Notes: generated by a model not told the origin, from the sequence alone. 64,000 nucleotides of DNA from Bdellovibrionales bacterium (GCA_965205945.1 CBDBIB010000002.1:32001-96000); one strand, 5' to 3'; shown: positions 35,749 to 45,729, counted from the first letter of the stretch. Translations and numbers: made by a program.

Positions 35749-37713
35749 TTATTTGTTTTCTTTTATGTCATTTATTAACACAATCCTCTTATCTTTAACA
35801 GTTAGAGGGAGAAGGGGGCTTGCAAAATTGTGACCTTCTCGGATTAAACCTTGAGGTAAGCATTTATGAGTGATGATGGAGGTTTTGTTTAATGCTGAAA
35901 GGAGAGTTTTTCTAGACGTGATTTTAAAATAATTATGTATACTATTTAAAATAACACCTATTTCAATGCCTTTAAAAACATAAGAATTAATAGGCTCTTG
36001 AAATTTTGATAAAAATTCTTGTTCACACTTAGAAATAAGAATGTGAGGTTTAAAATAAGAACTTGCAAAGATGGAATTTTCTACAAAACGCTGCCCACGT
36101 TCTAATAAATCAGGATCATTCCATAGGTGAGTGCCAAGTAAAGTAAGGTTTTCTACATCAAAGTAAGCAAGTGTAGAAGCAATAAGACCTCCATTTTTAG
36201 CTCCATCAGAGATAAAAAGGGCATCAAAATCTATTTGAGGCTTTAAAAGCTCTTCTATTTTGGGTGAAGTGTTTCCTCTAGAGTGGAAAGATTTTTGCCA
36301 ATTCTTTAAAGCAACATTGTATTCTTCTTCTCGTCCTTTAATTGTAAGAAGTCCAACTAAGTTTTTAACAGTATTTGGAAGGGCTTTTTTTTCAGAAAGG
36401 TCATACTCAAGGGTTTGTATAATCTGACCACCTTTTTTAGTAAAACTTTTAAAAAAGGCTTTAGCATATTTTGTAGAAAAAGATTTTTTTGAATGAAGAA
36501 TAGACATACGTTTAATATTTAATTTTTCAATGGCAATGCTGGAGATTAAATCAGTATATTTTTCTAAAGATTGCAAACTTTGAAAGCCATATTTAGAAGA
36601 ATTAATAAGGCCCTCTTTTTGGCTTAAGGTTAGCGTTGGAATTTTGTATTCTTTTGATTTTTGTAAAAGAATTTTAGTGGTTTTTCCAATGAGCCCACCA
36701 ATAATAGCAATGGGCTTATCATTTTTAATCAGTTCATCAAAAGCTGAGGGAACTTGATTAGGGTCACCTTGAGAATCTAGAACTGCAAGTTTAAACTTAG
36801 TTTTATTTGTTGAATCCCAAATATTTAATGAGTATTGAAGACCTTTTAAAATTTGTTCACCAACAATCCGATATTTCCCGCTTAATGGAATGATTACGCC
36901 AATAACATCTTTATTTGTCGATTCATAAAGGCGACCTCGTGTTATAAGTTCAGCCCTTTGATTTTTATAAAAAGGTTGGTTTAAAAGATGAGAATATGCC
37001 TTAAGATTTGAAAGGGCTAATTCAGGAGAGTTATTTTCAAAATAATAAGTTGTAAGATTTAATGCGGCTTGAGGATGAAAGATACTAAGAGAAGGCTGAT
37101 TAAGAATTTTTTTAGTTTTTTCGCCTGTTAATTTTATTTTTAAAACATCTTGAGCCTGCTTAAATGTACTTTGAGCAAGTGTTTGATCTTTGGTTGTTAA
37201 AATAATATCTTTGGCATTATATAAATAATCAAAGTATCTTTCATTTTGAATAAGAAGAGGGGATTTAAGGAGCTGGATTTTTTTTAAGGAGCTTTGATCA
37301 ATAAGCTTATGGTGTTTAACATAGTTTAATGTTTTAAGGGCTTCTTTGCTATTTCCAAATTGTAACAAAAGATTTACTTTTCTTATAAGTGTACGTCCAT
37401 CAAGAGGAGATGAATATTTTGAATCTAAAATTTTAGAATAGGCTTTAAGTGCACCTTTTAAATCCCCTGCTTTTTCTAGAAGGAAACCTAAAAGAAACAG
37501 GGCGTCATCAGATAAATTATTTTTAGGATGGGTTGATAAGAGTTGATTTAGATTAGAAACTGCAAGGTTAGGATTGTTTGCAGAAATTTTTTGAATTCTT
37601 ATTAGGGTATTTTGGTAATTTTTTGAAGCTTGTAAAGCTTCTTGCTTAAGCTCTAGGGTCTTACAGCTGGAAAGAAAGGTTAAAATTAAAACTGTGTATT
37701 TAAGCATAGGCAC
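35749..37713 (-). CDS. penicillin-binding protein activator LpoA-like lipoprotein
   Basis: Lipobox FLSSC, TPR-like N-terminus, IGVIIPLSG periplasmic-binding fold, DFDALFISD, LLGTHLWN. Confidence 0.8.
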   Translation of the reverse strand: MPMLKYTVLILTFLSSCKTLELKQEALQASKNYQNTLIRIQKISANNPNLAVSNLNQLLSTHPKNNLSDDALFLLGFLLEKAGDLKGALKAYSKILDSKYSSPLDGRTLIRKVNLLLQFGNSKEALKTLNYVKHHKLIDQSSLKKIQLLKSPLLIQNERYFDYLYNAKDIILTTKDQTLAQSTFKQAQDVLKIKLTGEKTKKILNQPSLSIFHPQAALNLTTYYFENNSPELALSNLKAYSHLLNQPFYKNQRAELITRGRLYESTNKDVIGVIIPLSGKYRIVGEQILKGLQYSLNIWDSTNKTKFKLAVLDSQGDPNQVPSAFDELIKNDKPIAIIGGLIGKTTKILLQKSKEYKIPTLTLSQKEGLINSSKYGFQSLQSLEKYTDLISSIAIEKLNIKRMSILHSKKSFSTKYAKAFFKSFTKKGGQIIQTLEYDLSEKKALPNTVKNLVGLLTIKGREEEYNVALKNWQKSFHSRGNTSPKIEELLKPQIDFDALFISDGAKNGGLIASTLAYFDVENLTLLGTHLWNDPDLLERGQRFVENSIFASSYFKPHILISKCEQEFLSKFQEPINSYVFKGIEIGVILNSIHNYFKITSRKTLLSALNKTSIITHKCLPQGLIREGHNFASPLLPLTVKDKRIVLINDIKENK

Positions 37714-38586
37714 CTATTTTTTTCTACTTATTAAAGTTTCTTGAATTTTTTTAGAATATTCTTGCACAAGGGGGGTGGTTCTTTTACTAAGTAACTGTAA
37801 AGCTCTTAGTTCCTCAGGGGTAAGGTTTTCTGGAAAATCTACAATAATTTTAATAAGCATATCACCACGGCTGGTACCGCCAACTTTAGAAAAACCTTTT
37901 TGGCGAAGACGAAATATTTTTCCAGTGTGTGTGTTTTCAGGTATGTTTAAAACAGCTTTTCCAAAGAGCGTTGGAACATTAACCTTTCCTCCAAGTACTG
38001 CAGTGCCTAGATTTAATGGAAGGTCCATATAGAGATTGCGACCTTTTCTTTCAAAAAGAGGATGTGGTAAAACATCAATATACACAAAGAGATCCCCCCT
38101 TTTTTTAGAGGACAATACAGGGCCTTCCCCTTTAAGCTTTAGTTTTTGCCCTTCTTTAACCCCACGAGGCACTACGACTTCTAAACGTACCTCTTCTTTT
38201 TTACCAAGGGGTGAACTTTTGTAGAAATGAATTACTTTAGAGCAGCCTTGTCCACATTCTTCAAGAGATAGAAGAAGAGAGTATTTATAGTGAGGGGTTT
38301 TAGATTGATTAAAACTAGGATCCGTTGCTGCGTTATTAGGGCTCCAGCCAGGGCAGGTGTTTTCATCAAAGGTGTCTTCATCCTTATTTAACTCAGCAGA
38401 TAGGGCGTATTCAGATAACTTTTTATAGGCATCATTGATTTTATTAAAAACTTCTTCAGGATTGTTAATACTAGGATTCTTATCTGGGTGGTATTTTAAC
38501 GCAAGTTGTCGGTAGGCCTTTTTAATGTCAGCAAGAGAGGCCCCCGATTTTAAGCCTAAAGTAGTATAGTAGGCGTTTAAATTCAA
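37714..38586 (-). CDS. DnaJ/CbpA-type co-chaperone without zinc finger
   Basis: J domain with HPD, DnaJ C-terminal domain (GDLFV, AVLGG, RGDMLI), no CxxCxGxG repeats. Confidence 0.9.
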   Translation of the reverse strand: MNLNAYYTTLGLKSGASLADIKKAYRQLALKYHPDKNPSINNPEEVFNKINDAYKKLSEYALSAELNKDEDTFDENTCPGWSPNNAATDPSFNQSKTPHYKYSLLLSLEECGQGCSKVIHFYKSSPLGKKEEVRLEVVVPRGVKEGQKLKLKGEGPVLSSKKRGDLFVYIDVLPHPLFERKGRNLYMDLPLNLGTAVLGGKVNVPTLFGKAVLNIPENTHTGKIFRLRQKGFSKVGGTSRGDMLIKIIVDFPENLTPEELRALQLLSKRTTPLVQEYSKKIQETLISRKK

Positions 38587-38588
38587 AG

Positions 38589-39146
38589 TTAGCTTTTGCT
38601 TGATACAGGTTTAGTTGCAATGATTACTTGTGCGTGGCGTAAAACTTTTTCATGGTAAAAATAGCCCTTTCTCATAACATTATAAACAAGGCCTTCTTTT
38701 ATATCTGCTGAGGGAAATTGGCTTAGTGCTTCAGCCTGAGAAGGGTTAAAGGGTTTATTTTTGCAATCTATTTCACTTATTCCATGTTTGGAAAATACAC
38801 CTTTAAGCTCTTTTTCAGTGAGCTTTACTCCATCAAGAAAAGATTGAAAGTTTTTAGGGGAGACTTTCATTTCTAAAGCTTTTTGAAAAACATCTAACAC
38901 AGTTAAAAGGTCTCTTGCAATAGCTTCTCCTCCAAATTTAATAAGTTCTGAGTGCTCTTTAATTGAGTGCTTTCTAAAGTTGTCAAATTCGGCTCTAAGG
39001 TAAAGGTATTCTTTTTTTGAGTTTTTAAGTTCAGTCTTTAAGGACTCAAGCTCTAGGGCTTTGGGCTCTTCTTCTGAATTTACATTAGGCGGTTCTGGGA
39101 TTTCATTTTCAGTGTCTATTTCAGAATTATTTGTATTGTTATTCAT
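38589..39146 (-). CDS. grpE: nucleotide exchange factor GrpE
   Basis: LRAEFDNFRK, FNP..AEA, KGY...KVLRHAQV. Confidence 0.93.
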   Translation of the reverse strand: MNNNTNNSEIDTENEIPEPPNVNSEEEPKALELESLKTELKNSKKEYLYLRAEFDNFRKHSIKEHSELIKFGGEAIARDLLTVLDVFQKALEMKVSPKNFQSFLDGVKLTEKELKGVFSKHGISEIDCKNKPFNPSQAEALSQFPSADIKEGLVYNVMRKGYFYHEKVLRHAQVIIATKPVSSKS

Positions 39147-39158
39147 ATAAATCTCCTT

Positions 39159-40343
39159 TTAAAAGCAAAGCTTTTTAAATACTTCATTAGGAATTTTAAA
39201 TCCAGTAGATGTTAACGCCCATTGGCCATTATTATAAGATATTAGTCCATTTTGTTCCAATTTGGACAGGTTGTGCTCAAGTTTAGGGGGAATATTTTGG
39301 TATCCATATTTTAAGAGTAAACTTTTACGACTCATACCTTTAAGTTGCCTTAAAGAAGTATGACAAAAATCTGTAAGAGATTCATGGAGCTTTAAAATTT
39401 CTTTTTTTTGATGTGGCCTTAAAGGATTGCTTACACAAGTCTTATATTTTGAATAAACGCCACTGTTCCAAGATCGAGTTCCCCACTTAGAAGATTTTAA
39501 ATAAGAATGGGCCCCCATCCCTAGACCTAAGTATTCGCAATCTTGCCAATAACCTTTATTGTGTTTAGACTCATACCCACTTTGAGCATAATTTGAAATC
39601 TCATATTTAAAAATCTTATTTTCAGAGAGTCTATTTGTGATTAAGTCCATCATTTTAATTTGAATCTGGTCATTAGGGCGGTTTTTATTAAAGAAATGTT
39701 GGGTGGGAAGAGTTAAGTTGTACGGACTTACATGTTTTAAAGAAAAAGGTAAGAGCTTATTTAAGTCCTCATTTAAGTGTTTAAGTGTTTGATTAGGAAG
39801 GCCAAATAAAATATCTATAGAAAAATTAATATTTAGGTGGCTCATGTTTTCTAAGTCTTTTAATGTTTGCTCAGGGCTGTGTTCTCTATGACATGCCTTT
39901 AAGAATAGGGGATTAAGGGTTTGAACTCCTAGACTAAAGCGATTTACTCCAAGATCTAAGAGTTCTTTAAAATCATTTAAAGACAAGGTGCCAGGATTAA
40001 TTTCTAAAGTGATTTCAGGGTTTTTAACAAATGAGTACGTTTTTTGGACATCATTAAGAATACATTTTATTTGTTTAATAGAGAGAAGGGATGGGGTGCC
40101 ACCTCCAAAGTAGAGAGTTTTAATTTTTTTGGGTCTATCAATGCTTTTAAGTTTAAGTTCTTTAGATAGCAGTTTAATGTAATCGGTAAGAGGTGGTAAT
40201 TCATTTATTTGAAATTTCACAAAATCACAGTAATGACACTTTTGTATGCAGTAAGGAATATGAATATAAAGACCAAAAGTTAAAGACGATCCCCTTTCTG
40301 GAGGAGAATTTGATGAAAAATTTGAAAGTTGAGAGTCTATCAA
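39159..40343 (-). CDS. hemW: radical SAM heme chaperone HemW
   Basis: LYIHIPYCIQKCHYCDF, YFGGGTPS, YEISNYA, HNKGYW, YLGLGMGAHS. Confidence 0.9.
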   Translation of the reverse strand: MIDSQLSNFSSNSPPERGSSLTFGLYIHIPYCIQKCHYCDFVKFQINELPPLTDYIKLLSKELKLKSIDRPKKIKTLYFGGGTPSLLSIKQIKCILNDVQKTYSFVKNPEITLEINPGTLSLNDFKELLDLGVNRFSLGVQTLNPLFLKACHREHSPEQTLKDLENMSHLNINFSIDILFGLPNQTLKHLNEDLNKLLPFSLKHVSPYNLTLPTQHFFNKNRPNDQIQIKMMDLITNRLSENKIFKYEISNYAQSGYESKHNKGYWQDCEYLGLGMGAHSYLKSSKWGTRSWNSGVYSKYKTCVSNPLRPHQKKEILKLHESLTDFCHTSLRQLKGMSRKSLLLKYGYQNIPPKLEHNLSKLEQNGLISYNNGQWALTSTGFKIPNEVFKKLCF

Positions 40344-42889
40344 ACAATATACCTTTATTTACGTTAAAATCTAAAAAAGCGCCTGTAGTTACATTGCAAG
40401 TTTGGGTGAAAACAGGCAGTGCACACGAGTTTAAAACAGAAGCTGGTCTAAGTCATTTCATTGAACATCTTGTTTTTAAAGGAACCGATTCTTTTGCACC
40501 TGGTGAAATTGCTCAGTTAATAGAGTCTGTTGGTGGCGAATTAAATGCCTATACATCTTTTGAACAGACTGTTTTTTATACAACAGTACCTTATAAAAGT
40601 TTACATGTTGCAGCACATGCTTTATCTGAAATGGTGAATTCTCCTCGTTTTGATCCTAAGGAGGTAGATAACGAAAGAGAAGTTGTTATTGAAGAGATTA
40701 AGATGGGCCTTGATCAACCAAGTAGAGTGGCTAGTAAAATGTTGTTTTCTCAAATGTATGCAGGACATTCATATGCCCTTCCTGTAATAGGAACAAAAGA
40801 AAATATACGTAGAGTGGGTCTTAATGAAATTAAAAATTATTTTAATGAACGCTATGTAGGAAAAAATATGGCTCTTATTTGCGTAGGAGATTTTAAGGAT
40901 GAAGTTAAAGAGCTTTTAGAAAAGTATTTTTCAAAGCTTAAGTATGAAGGACCTTTAGGGCAGGATCGAAAAATAACGCCTAGAAGGTTAGAGAAAGAAA
41001 ATGCTGTTAAGTTTGTAAAGTCGAAATTTGAAAAGGATCATTTTTATCTTTCCTGGCCTGTAGAGGGTTTTTTAAATGATATTGTAGATAACTATGAGCT
41101 TTTAGCTTTGATACTTGGACAGGGAGAAAGCTCTTATTTGTATAAAGAATTAAAATTAAAGAAAGGAATATGTAGAAGTATTGGGGCTTCTTACTTTGGT
41201 GATCCTAAAGAAGGTGTTTTTGTTATAAGCGGGGTAACAACGTTAGGCGAAAGAGCGGCTTTGTTTAAGGAGTTGCCCGTTGTACTTAATACATTTTTAA
41301 ATCAAACAGATATACGTTTTGATTTAGAAAAAGCTAGAAACATTTTTGAAAGTGAAGCCTCTTATGCAGAAGAATCGATATCTTTTTTGTGCAAAAATAT
41401 TGGGAATGATTGGTTGTACTATGATGATCCATTTGTTAGAGAGAAGAGAAGAGAAAAAACGTTAAAATTAACAGAAAAAGATTTGATTAAAGCTGTGGAA
41501 AAAATCTTTTCTAAGAATGTATATTTAAGTGTGTTGTCTCAAAATGAACCTAATAAAGGCATTGATGAAATGATGACGGCTCTTACAAATTTAAAAAACG
41601 TAAAGGCTCAATTTCAAGAAAGTACAGGGCATAAAAAAAATAAGACTTCTTTGGTGGCTAAGGGGCTTGAGCAAAAAAATTATTTATGGAAAACCTCTAA
41701 GGGGAGTGATGTTTTATTTGTATCACAGTCATTAGGTTCTGTGGTGTCATTTAAGGTTGCCTTTGAAGGTGGGGAACTGTTGTCATCTGACAAAACTCAA
41801 GGGTTAGTGGCTCTTTTTGGGAGCGTTTGGGCTAGAGAGTTTAAGGGTGTTATAGAGCAAGAATTTATTCAAGAGATTGATTTTTATTGTTCAGATTTTA
41901 GTGTTTTTTTTGGTAAGCATTCTGTGGGTTTAAGTTTATCTACACAGGACAAACATTTTGAAAAATTATCTAAATACTTTGTAAAAGCTGTTAAGCATCC
42001 AGTTTTTTCTAAAGCCGTTATTGATAGAGAAAAGGAGAGCCTTCTTCAAAATTTAAAAACTAGATTGGATAGGCCCTCAGCTATGGCATTTAAGGAATTT
42101 TCAAAGCTTTTATTTAAAGGTTCTATTTATGCTAGGGACGGTATTGGTGTAGAAGAACATATAAAAAAACTTACGCAAAAAGATTTGGAAATGTTTTTTG
42201 AAAAATCAAAAAAGAAAAAACGTATCTATAGTGTTGTTGGAAACTTGACGAAAAAACAAGTTGAAAAGACTGTGGAGTCTATTGAAGAACATCTTCCTGA
42301 ATCAAAAGAAACTTTTTTCCATGAAAAGATTTTTTTTGACTGGAGTAAGGGGCAGAGAGTTGAAATAGAATCTGAAAAAAAACAATCTCATATTATTATG
42401 GGTTATCCAGGAGTAAGGTATTCTGATGAAAAAAAAATTCACTTAGAACTTTTAACTTCTTTACTTGGAGGTCAAGGTGGAAGATTTTTTATTGAATTAA
42501 GAGATAAGGCGTCATTGGCTTATTCTGTGGTTCCCTTAGAATATTCAGGGGCATTTGGTGGATATTTTGGGGGGTATATTGCCTGTGATCCTTTTAAAAA
42601 AGAACTGGCAATAAAAATGATGAGAGAGGAGTTGCAAAAGCTATCTAAACAGACTGTATCTAAAGAAGACTTAAGGTGGATGAAAAATCAAGTTTTAGGT
42701 AGTTTTTTAATATCCTCACAGAAGAACTCTTTTATTTGTGATATTATGTTGTTTGATTTTTTTTATGGTCTAAATGCATTTGCTTATCAAAGATTAGAAG
42801 AAGTATTAGAAAAAATAACTCCAGAGGAGTTAAGAGTTACAGCATCAGAGATTTTAAAAGGACCTGAGTATGTGGTTTCAGTTGGTTAG
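40313..42889 (+). CDS. M16 (pitrilysin) family zinc peptidase
   Basis: HFIEH inverted zinc motif, NAYTS; start revised to ATG 40313 behind GGAGGAG. Confidence 0.92.
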   Translation: MKNLKVESLSNNIPLFTLKSKKAPVVTLQVWVKTGSAHEFKTEAGLSHFIEHLVFKGTDSFAPGEIAQLIESVGGELNAYTSFEQTVFYTTVPYKSLHVAAHALSEMVNSPRFDPKEVDNEREVVIEEIKMGLDQPSRVASKMLFSQMYAGHSYALPVIGTKENIRRVGLNEIKNYFNERYVGKNMALICVGDFKDEVKELLEKYFSKLKYEGPLGQDRKITPRRLEKENAVKFVKSKFEKDHFYLSWPVEGFLNDIVDNYELLALILGQGESSYLYKELKLKKGICRSIGASYFGDPKEGVFVISGVTTLGERAALFKELPVVLNTFLNQTDIRFDLEKARNIFESEASYAEESISFLCKNIGNDWLYYDDPFVREKRREKTLKLTEKDLIKAVEKIFSKNVYLSVLSQNEPNKGIDEMMTALTNLKNVKAQFQESTGHKKNKTSLVAKGLEQKNYLWKTSKGSDVLFVSQSLGSVVSFKVAFEGGELLSSDKTQGLVALFGSVWAREFKGVIEQEFIQEIDFYCSDFSVFFGKHSVGLSLSTQDKHFEKLSKYFVKAVKHPVFSKAVIDREKESLLQNLKTRLDRPSAMAFKEFSKLLFKGSIYARDGIGVEEHIKKLTQKDLEMFFEKSKKKKRIYSVVGNLTKKQVEKTVESIEEHLPESKETFFHEKIFFDWSKGQRVEIESEKKQSHIIMGYPGVRYSDEKKIHLELLTSLLGGQGGRFFIELRDKASLAYSVVPLEYSGAFGGYFGGYIACDPFKKELAIKMMREELQKLSKQTVSKEDLRWMKNQVLGSFLISSQKNSFICDIMLFDFFYGLNAFAYQRLEEVLEKITPEELRVTASEILKGPEYVVSVG

Positions 42890-43317
42890 TAGCTGTTAAA
42901 TTTGGCTTTTCTATTACATTATAATATTAATGGTTAAAATTTAAAAAGAAAGAACAAAGAAAATCTTCGTATTTAAATTTTTATAAAAAGTATTTATTAT
43001 AGATTATAATTACTCTTAAATTGGATTAATAAGACTAAAGTCTTAAAAATGATTGGGTGAAATAAGGGAGCATTCTTTATTAAATTCTTCTTTTTATGGG
43101 GAAGTTATGGATTTAGTTTTAAATAGGGTTTTTTTACGTTTAAAGAGGCTGTATTGACATGCTCACTACCAGGGCTCAAGCTTTTAGTAAGGCTTAAATA
43201 GATTCTTTTTAAATTATAATCATGAATAAAGCCTAAAGGAGTATTAAAGACTTAGAGAGCATATTTTTTAAACTAATTTCGTATAAAGTTCGATGAACCT
43301 GTAATGGAGGTGATTTT

Positions 43318-43908
43318 ATTTGTAATCAAAGTGACTCAATTTTATTAAGAGCTTCAATGACGGACTTATTTAGGCCATTGATTAAAGAAGCTGCTAGAAA
43401 ATCAAAATTTAAACTTAAAGATAGTTCTTATGCTTATATACTTTCAATTTTAGAGCGCTGCTTGTTTAGTGAGGGGCTTTTTACAGGAGGTAAATCGGAT
43501 CCTATGATTTTAGAGATTTTGTTTAAAGCACTTCAAGAAGAGGGGGTTCAAAAAAAACAAAGGCAACTAAAGTCTTTAGGAGAGGCGATTTTGTTTAAAA
43601 GTGGCTTTTTTGCTGAATCTTTTAAAAGAAAAATGGTTGGTATTGAGTACTATATTAATATGGGAAGCCTAGTGTATAAAAACTTATATGAATTTTCAAA
43701 GAATCAAGTTCACGAGGATCTTTCAGATAGATTTTCTGGCTATGTGGATTTATTTTCTCAAGTAAGCTCTAAGGTGAATTTTAGTGATCAGGAAGATCTT
43801 TTGGTATTATTTGATCGTTATTTAAGCGCTGATTCTGAGAGTGCTATGACTAAGCTTATAGAATTAGGGGCTGTTCCTGCGCAGTATAAAAAATCTTCAA
43901 ACCAATAA
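43318..43908 (+). CDS. conserved hypothetical protein
   Basis: LGEAILFKSGFFAESFKRKMVGIEYYINMG resembles a conserved deltaproteobacterial-type family; strong GGAGGTGA precedes in-frame ATT 43318 (track start ATG 43357). Confidence 0.7.
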   Translation: MCNQSDSILLRASMTDLFRPLIKEAARKSKFKLKDSSYAYILSILERCLFSEGLFTGGKSDPMILEILFKALQEEGVQKKQRQLKSLGEAILFKSGFFAESFKRKMVGIEYYINMGSLVYKNLYEFSKNQVHEDLSDRFSGYVDLFSQVSSKVNFSDQEDLLVLFDRYLSADSESAMTKLIELGAVPAQYKKSSNQ

Positions 43909-43946
43909 AATTTTACAAATTTAAATAACTAAGTTAGTTTTAACCT

Positions 43947-44156
43947 GTGTTTAACTTAGGTTTTTGGGAAATGGTTGTTTTAGCGGTTATTGCGCTTTTG
44001 GTAGTGGGTCCTGAAAGGTTGCCTTCTTTGGCTAGAAATATTGGTCAATTTTTAAATCATTTAAAAAGAACGGTAAATACAATTACAGCAGATATTAATG
44101 AAACAATAGATGAGGATGAATTTTTAAAAGAATGTAGAAAAAAACCAGAGCATTAA
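43947..44156 (+). CDS. tatB: twin-arginine translocase TatB/TatA subunit
   Basis: FNLGFWEMVVLAVIALLVVGPERLP; upstream of tatC. Confidence 0.85.
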   Translation: MFNLGFWEMVVLAVIALLVVGPERLPSLARNIGQFLNHLKRTVNTITADINETIDEDEFLKECRKKPEH

Positions 44157-44232
44157 CTTAAGAGCAATCTTGATAAAGGTTTAAAAGCTTTACATGACCT
44201 TAAAAAAGAAAATGAGTTAAAAAGTTTTAAAG

Positions 44233-44973
44233 ATGAAGGGTAGTATTTTAGAAGAACTTAAGCAAGAAACTTTGATTGATCATTTAAGGGAACTTAAAAA
44301 ACGTTTAGTTTATAGCATGTTTGGTATAGTTGTTGGGGCTGGTGTTTGTTGGCTTTATAAAGAGCTTTTGTTTGATATAATTAGAATGCCCATTGAGCCA
44401 TTTTTATCTACAGAAGAAAGAGGGCTTATTTATACAGGCCTTATGGAAAATTTTATAGCATATGTAAAGATTTCTCTTCTAGGTGGTGTAGTAGTTTCTT
44501 GTCCTTTTTGGATGTATCATTTATGGTGTTTTTTATCTCCAGCTTTGTATAAGAAAGAGAAAAAATATGGAGTTGGATTTATTCTTAGTGGAACTTTGTT
44601 GTTTTTATCAGGTATTTTGTTTGTTTATTTTCTTGTTTATCCTCTAGCTTTTGATTTTTTATTAAGTTTTGGTCAAGGGCAAGATATGGCCTTAATTACT
44701 GTTAATGAGTATTTGTCATTTTTTTTAAAAACAACTTTCTTATTTGGAATGGCTTTTGAAATTCCACTGGCTCTTACAATTTTGGGGATTTTAGGAATAG
44801 TGAGTGCAGAGTTTTTATCAGAAAATAAAAGATATGCCATACTTTTTTTGTCTTTTATATCAGCACTTATGACACCTCCAGATCCATTAAGCATGATTAT
44901 GATGGTTGGTCCTATGTGGGTCTTGTATGAGCTTTCAATTATTGCCATTAGATTTTTTGTTCCAAAGGGGTGA
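44233..44973 (+). CDS. tatC: twin-arginine translocase TatC
   Basis: HLRELKKRL, FLSPALYKKE, FEIP, TPPDPLS. Confidence 0.96.
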   Translation: MKGSILEELKQETLIDHLRELKKRLVYSMFGIVVGAGVCWLYKELLFDIIRMPIEPFLSTEERGLIYTGLMENFIAYVKISLLGGVVVSCPFWMYHLWCFLSPALYKKEKKYGVGFILSGTLLFLSGILFVYFLVYPLAFDFLLSFGQGQDMALITVNEYLSFFLKTTFLFGMAFEIPLALTILGILGIVSAEFLSENKRYAILFLSFISALMTPPDPLSMIMMVGPMWVLYELSIIAIRFFVPKG

Positions 44974-45024
44974 AATTTATTAAAACTAGTTTTTAAACTA
45001 ATTTACCAGCATATGCACATAGCT

Positions 45025-45305
45025 ACACTTAGCGTTTTCTAGCCGTTATTTCCTTGTAGGGAGTGGGAGCTACACAGTATTAAGTTTTCTATAACTCTTT
45101 GGAATAAAAGACCTCTCGCCTTAGATGTTCTCCTGTTAAACCTAAAAATAAACTCCTTAAAATAACTATCCATATGTTTTAAATCCAGTCTTCCATGGAG
45201 CGTACCCATCAACTATCTTTTTAAAAGTGCTGTTACAGTATTTATTCTCGGCAACAATTTATCAGGATCTACACTCGCTGATTTTCTTGGCAAATGGTTG
45301 TATCC
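45025..45305 (-). pseudogene. IS1595-family transposase C-terminal remnant
   Basis: LLPRINTVTALLKR*LMGTLHG...HMDSYFKEFIFRFNRRTSKARGLLF with internal stop and 3' frameshift. Confidence 0.8.
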
Positions 45306-45548
45306 TAAACTTCCAACATCATTATAACTTTTTTAGTTTTAATTGAACAAGGTTTTAATCCTTTAGTTTTTTTAGCTCATGAAATGTTTGTTTAGATAAA
45401 CATGTGTGCTATGAAAGACTTAAGAAATATTGATATTGTCTTTAAAGGGTTTTGTGAGTTTAACTCTATAAAAGCTCAATAAACTTACAGAATTTTTTTT
45501 AGTGTTGACCAAGGGGGGGAGATGGGTTTTATCCTTCTTTCTTGTTTA

Positions 45549-45624
45549 GCTGGATTAGCTCAATTGGTAGAGCAGCTGATTTGTAATCAGCAGGTTGCGG
45601 GTTCGAGTCCCATATCCAGCTCCA
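45549..45624 (+). tRNA. tRNA-Thr(TGT)
   Basis: Cloverleaf, anticodon arm CTGAT-TTGTAA-TCAG, GTTCGA, CCA end. Confidence 0.95.
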
Positions 45625-45627
45625 AGT

Positions 45628-45713
45628 GGAGAGATGTCCGAGTGGTTAAAGGAGACGGGCTGTAAACCCGTTCGTGTATGCGTACGCAGGTTCAAATCCT
45701 GCTCTCTCCACCA
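45628..45713 (+). tRNA. tRNA-Tyr(GTA)
   Basis: Cloverleaf with long variable arm, CTGTAAA loop, CCA end. Confidence 0.95.
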
Positions 45714-45729
45714 TTATTTTTTACTCCGA

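Noticed and set aside
40193..40312. N-terminal extension of the M16 peptidase given in the ORF track
   Set aside because: Overlaps the hemW radical-SAM motif on the other strand; the strong RBS supports ATG 40313
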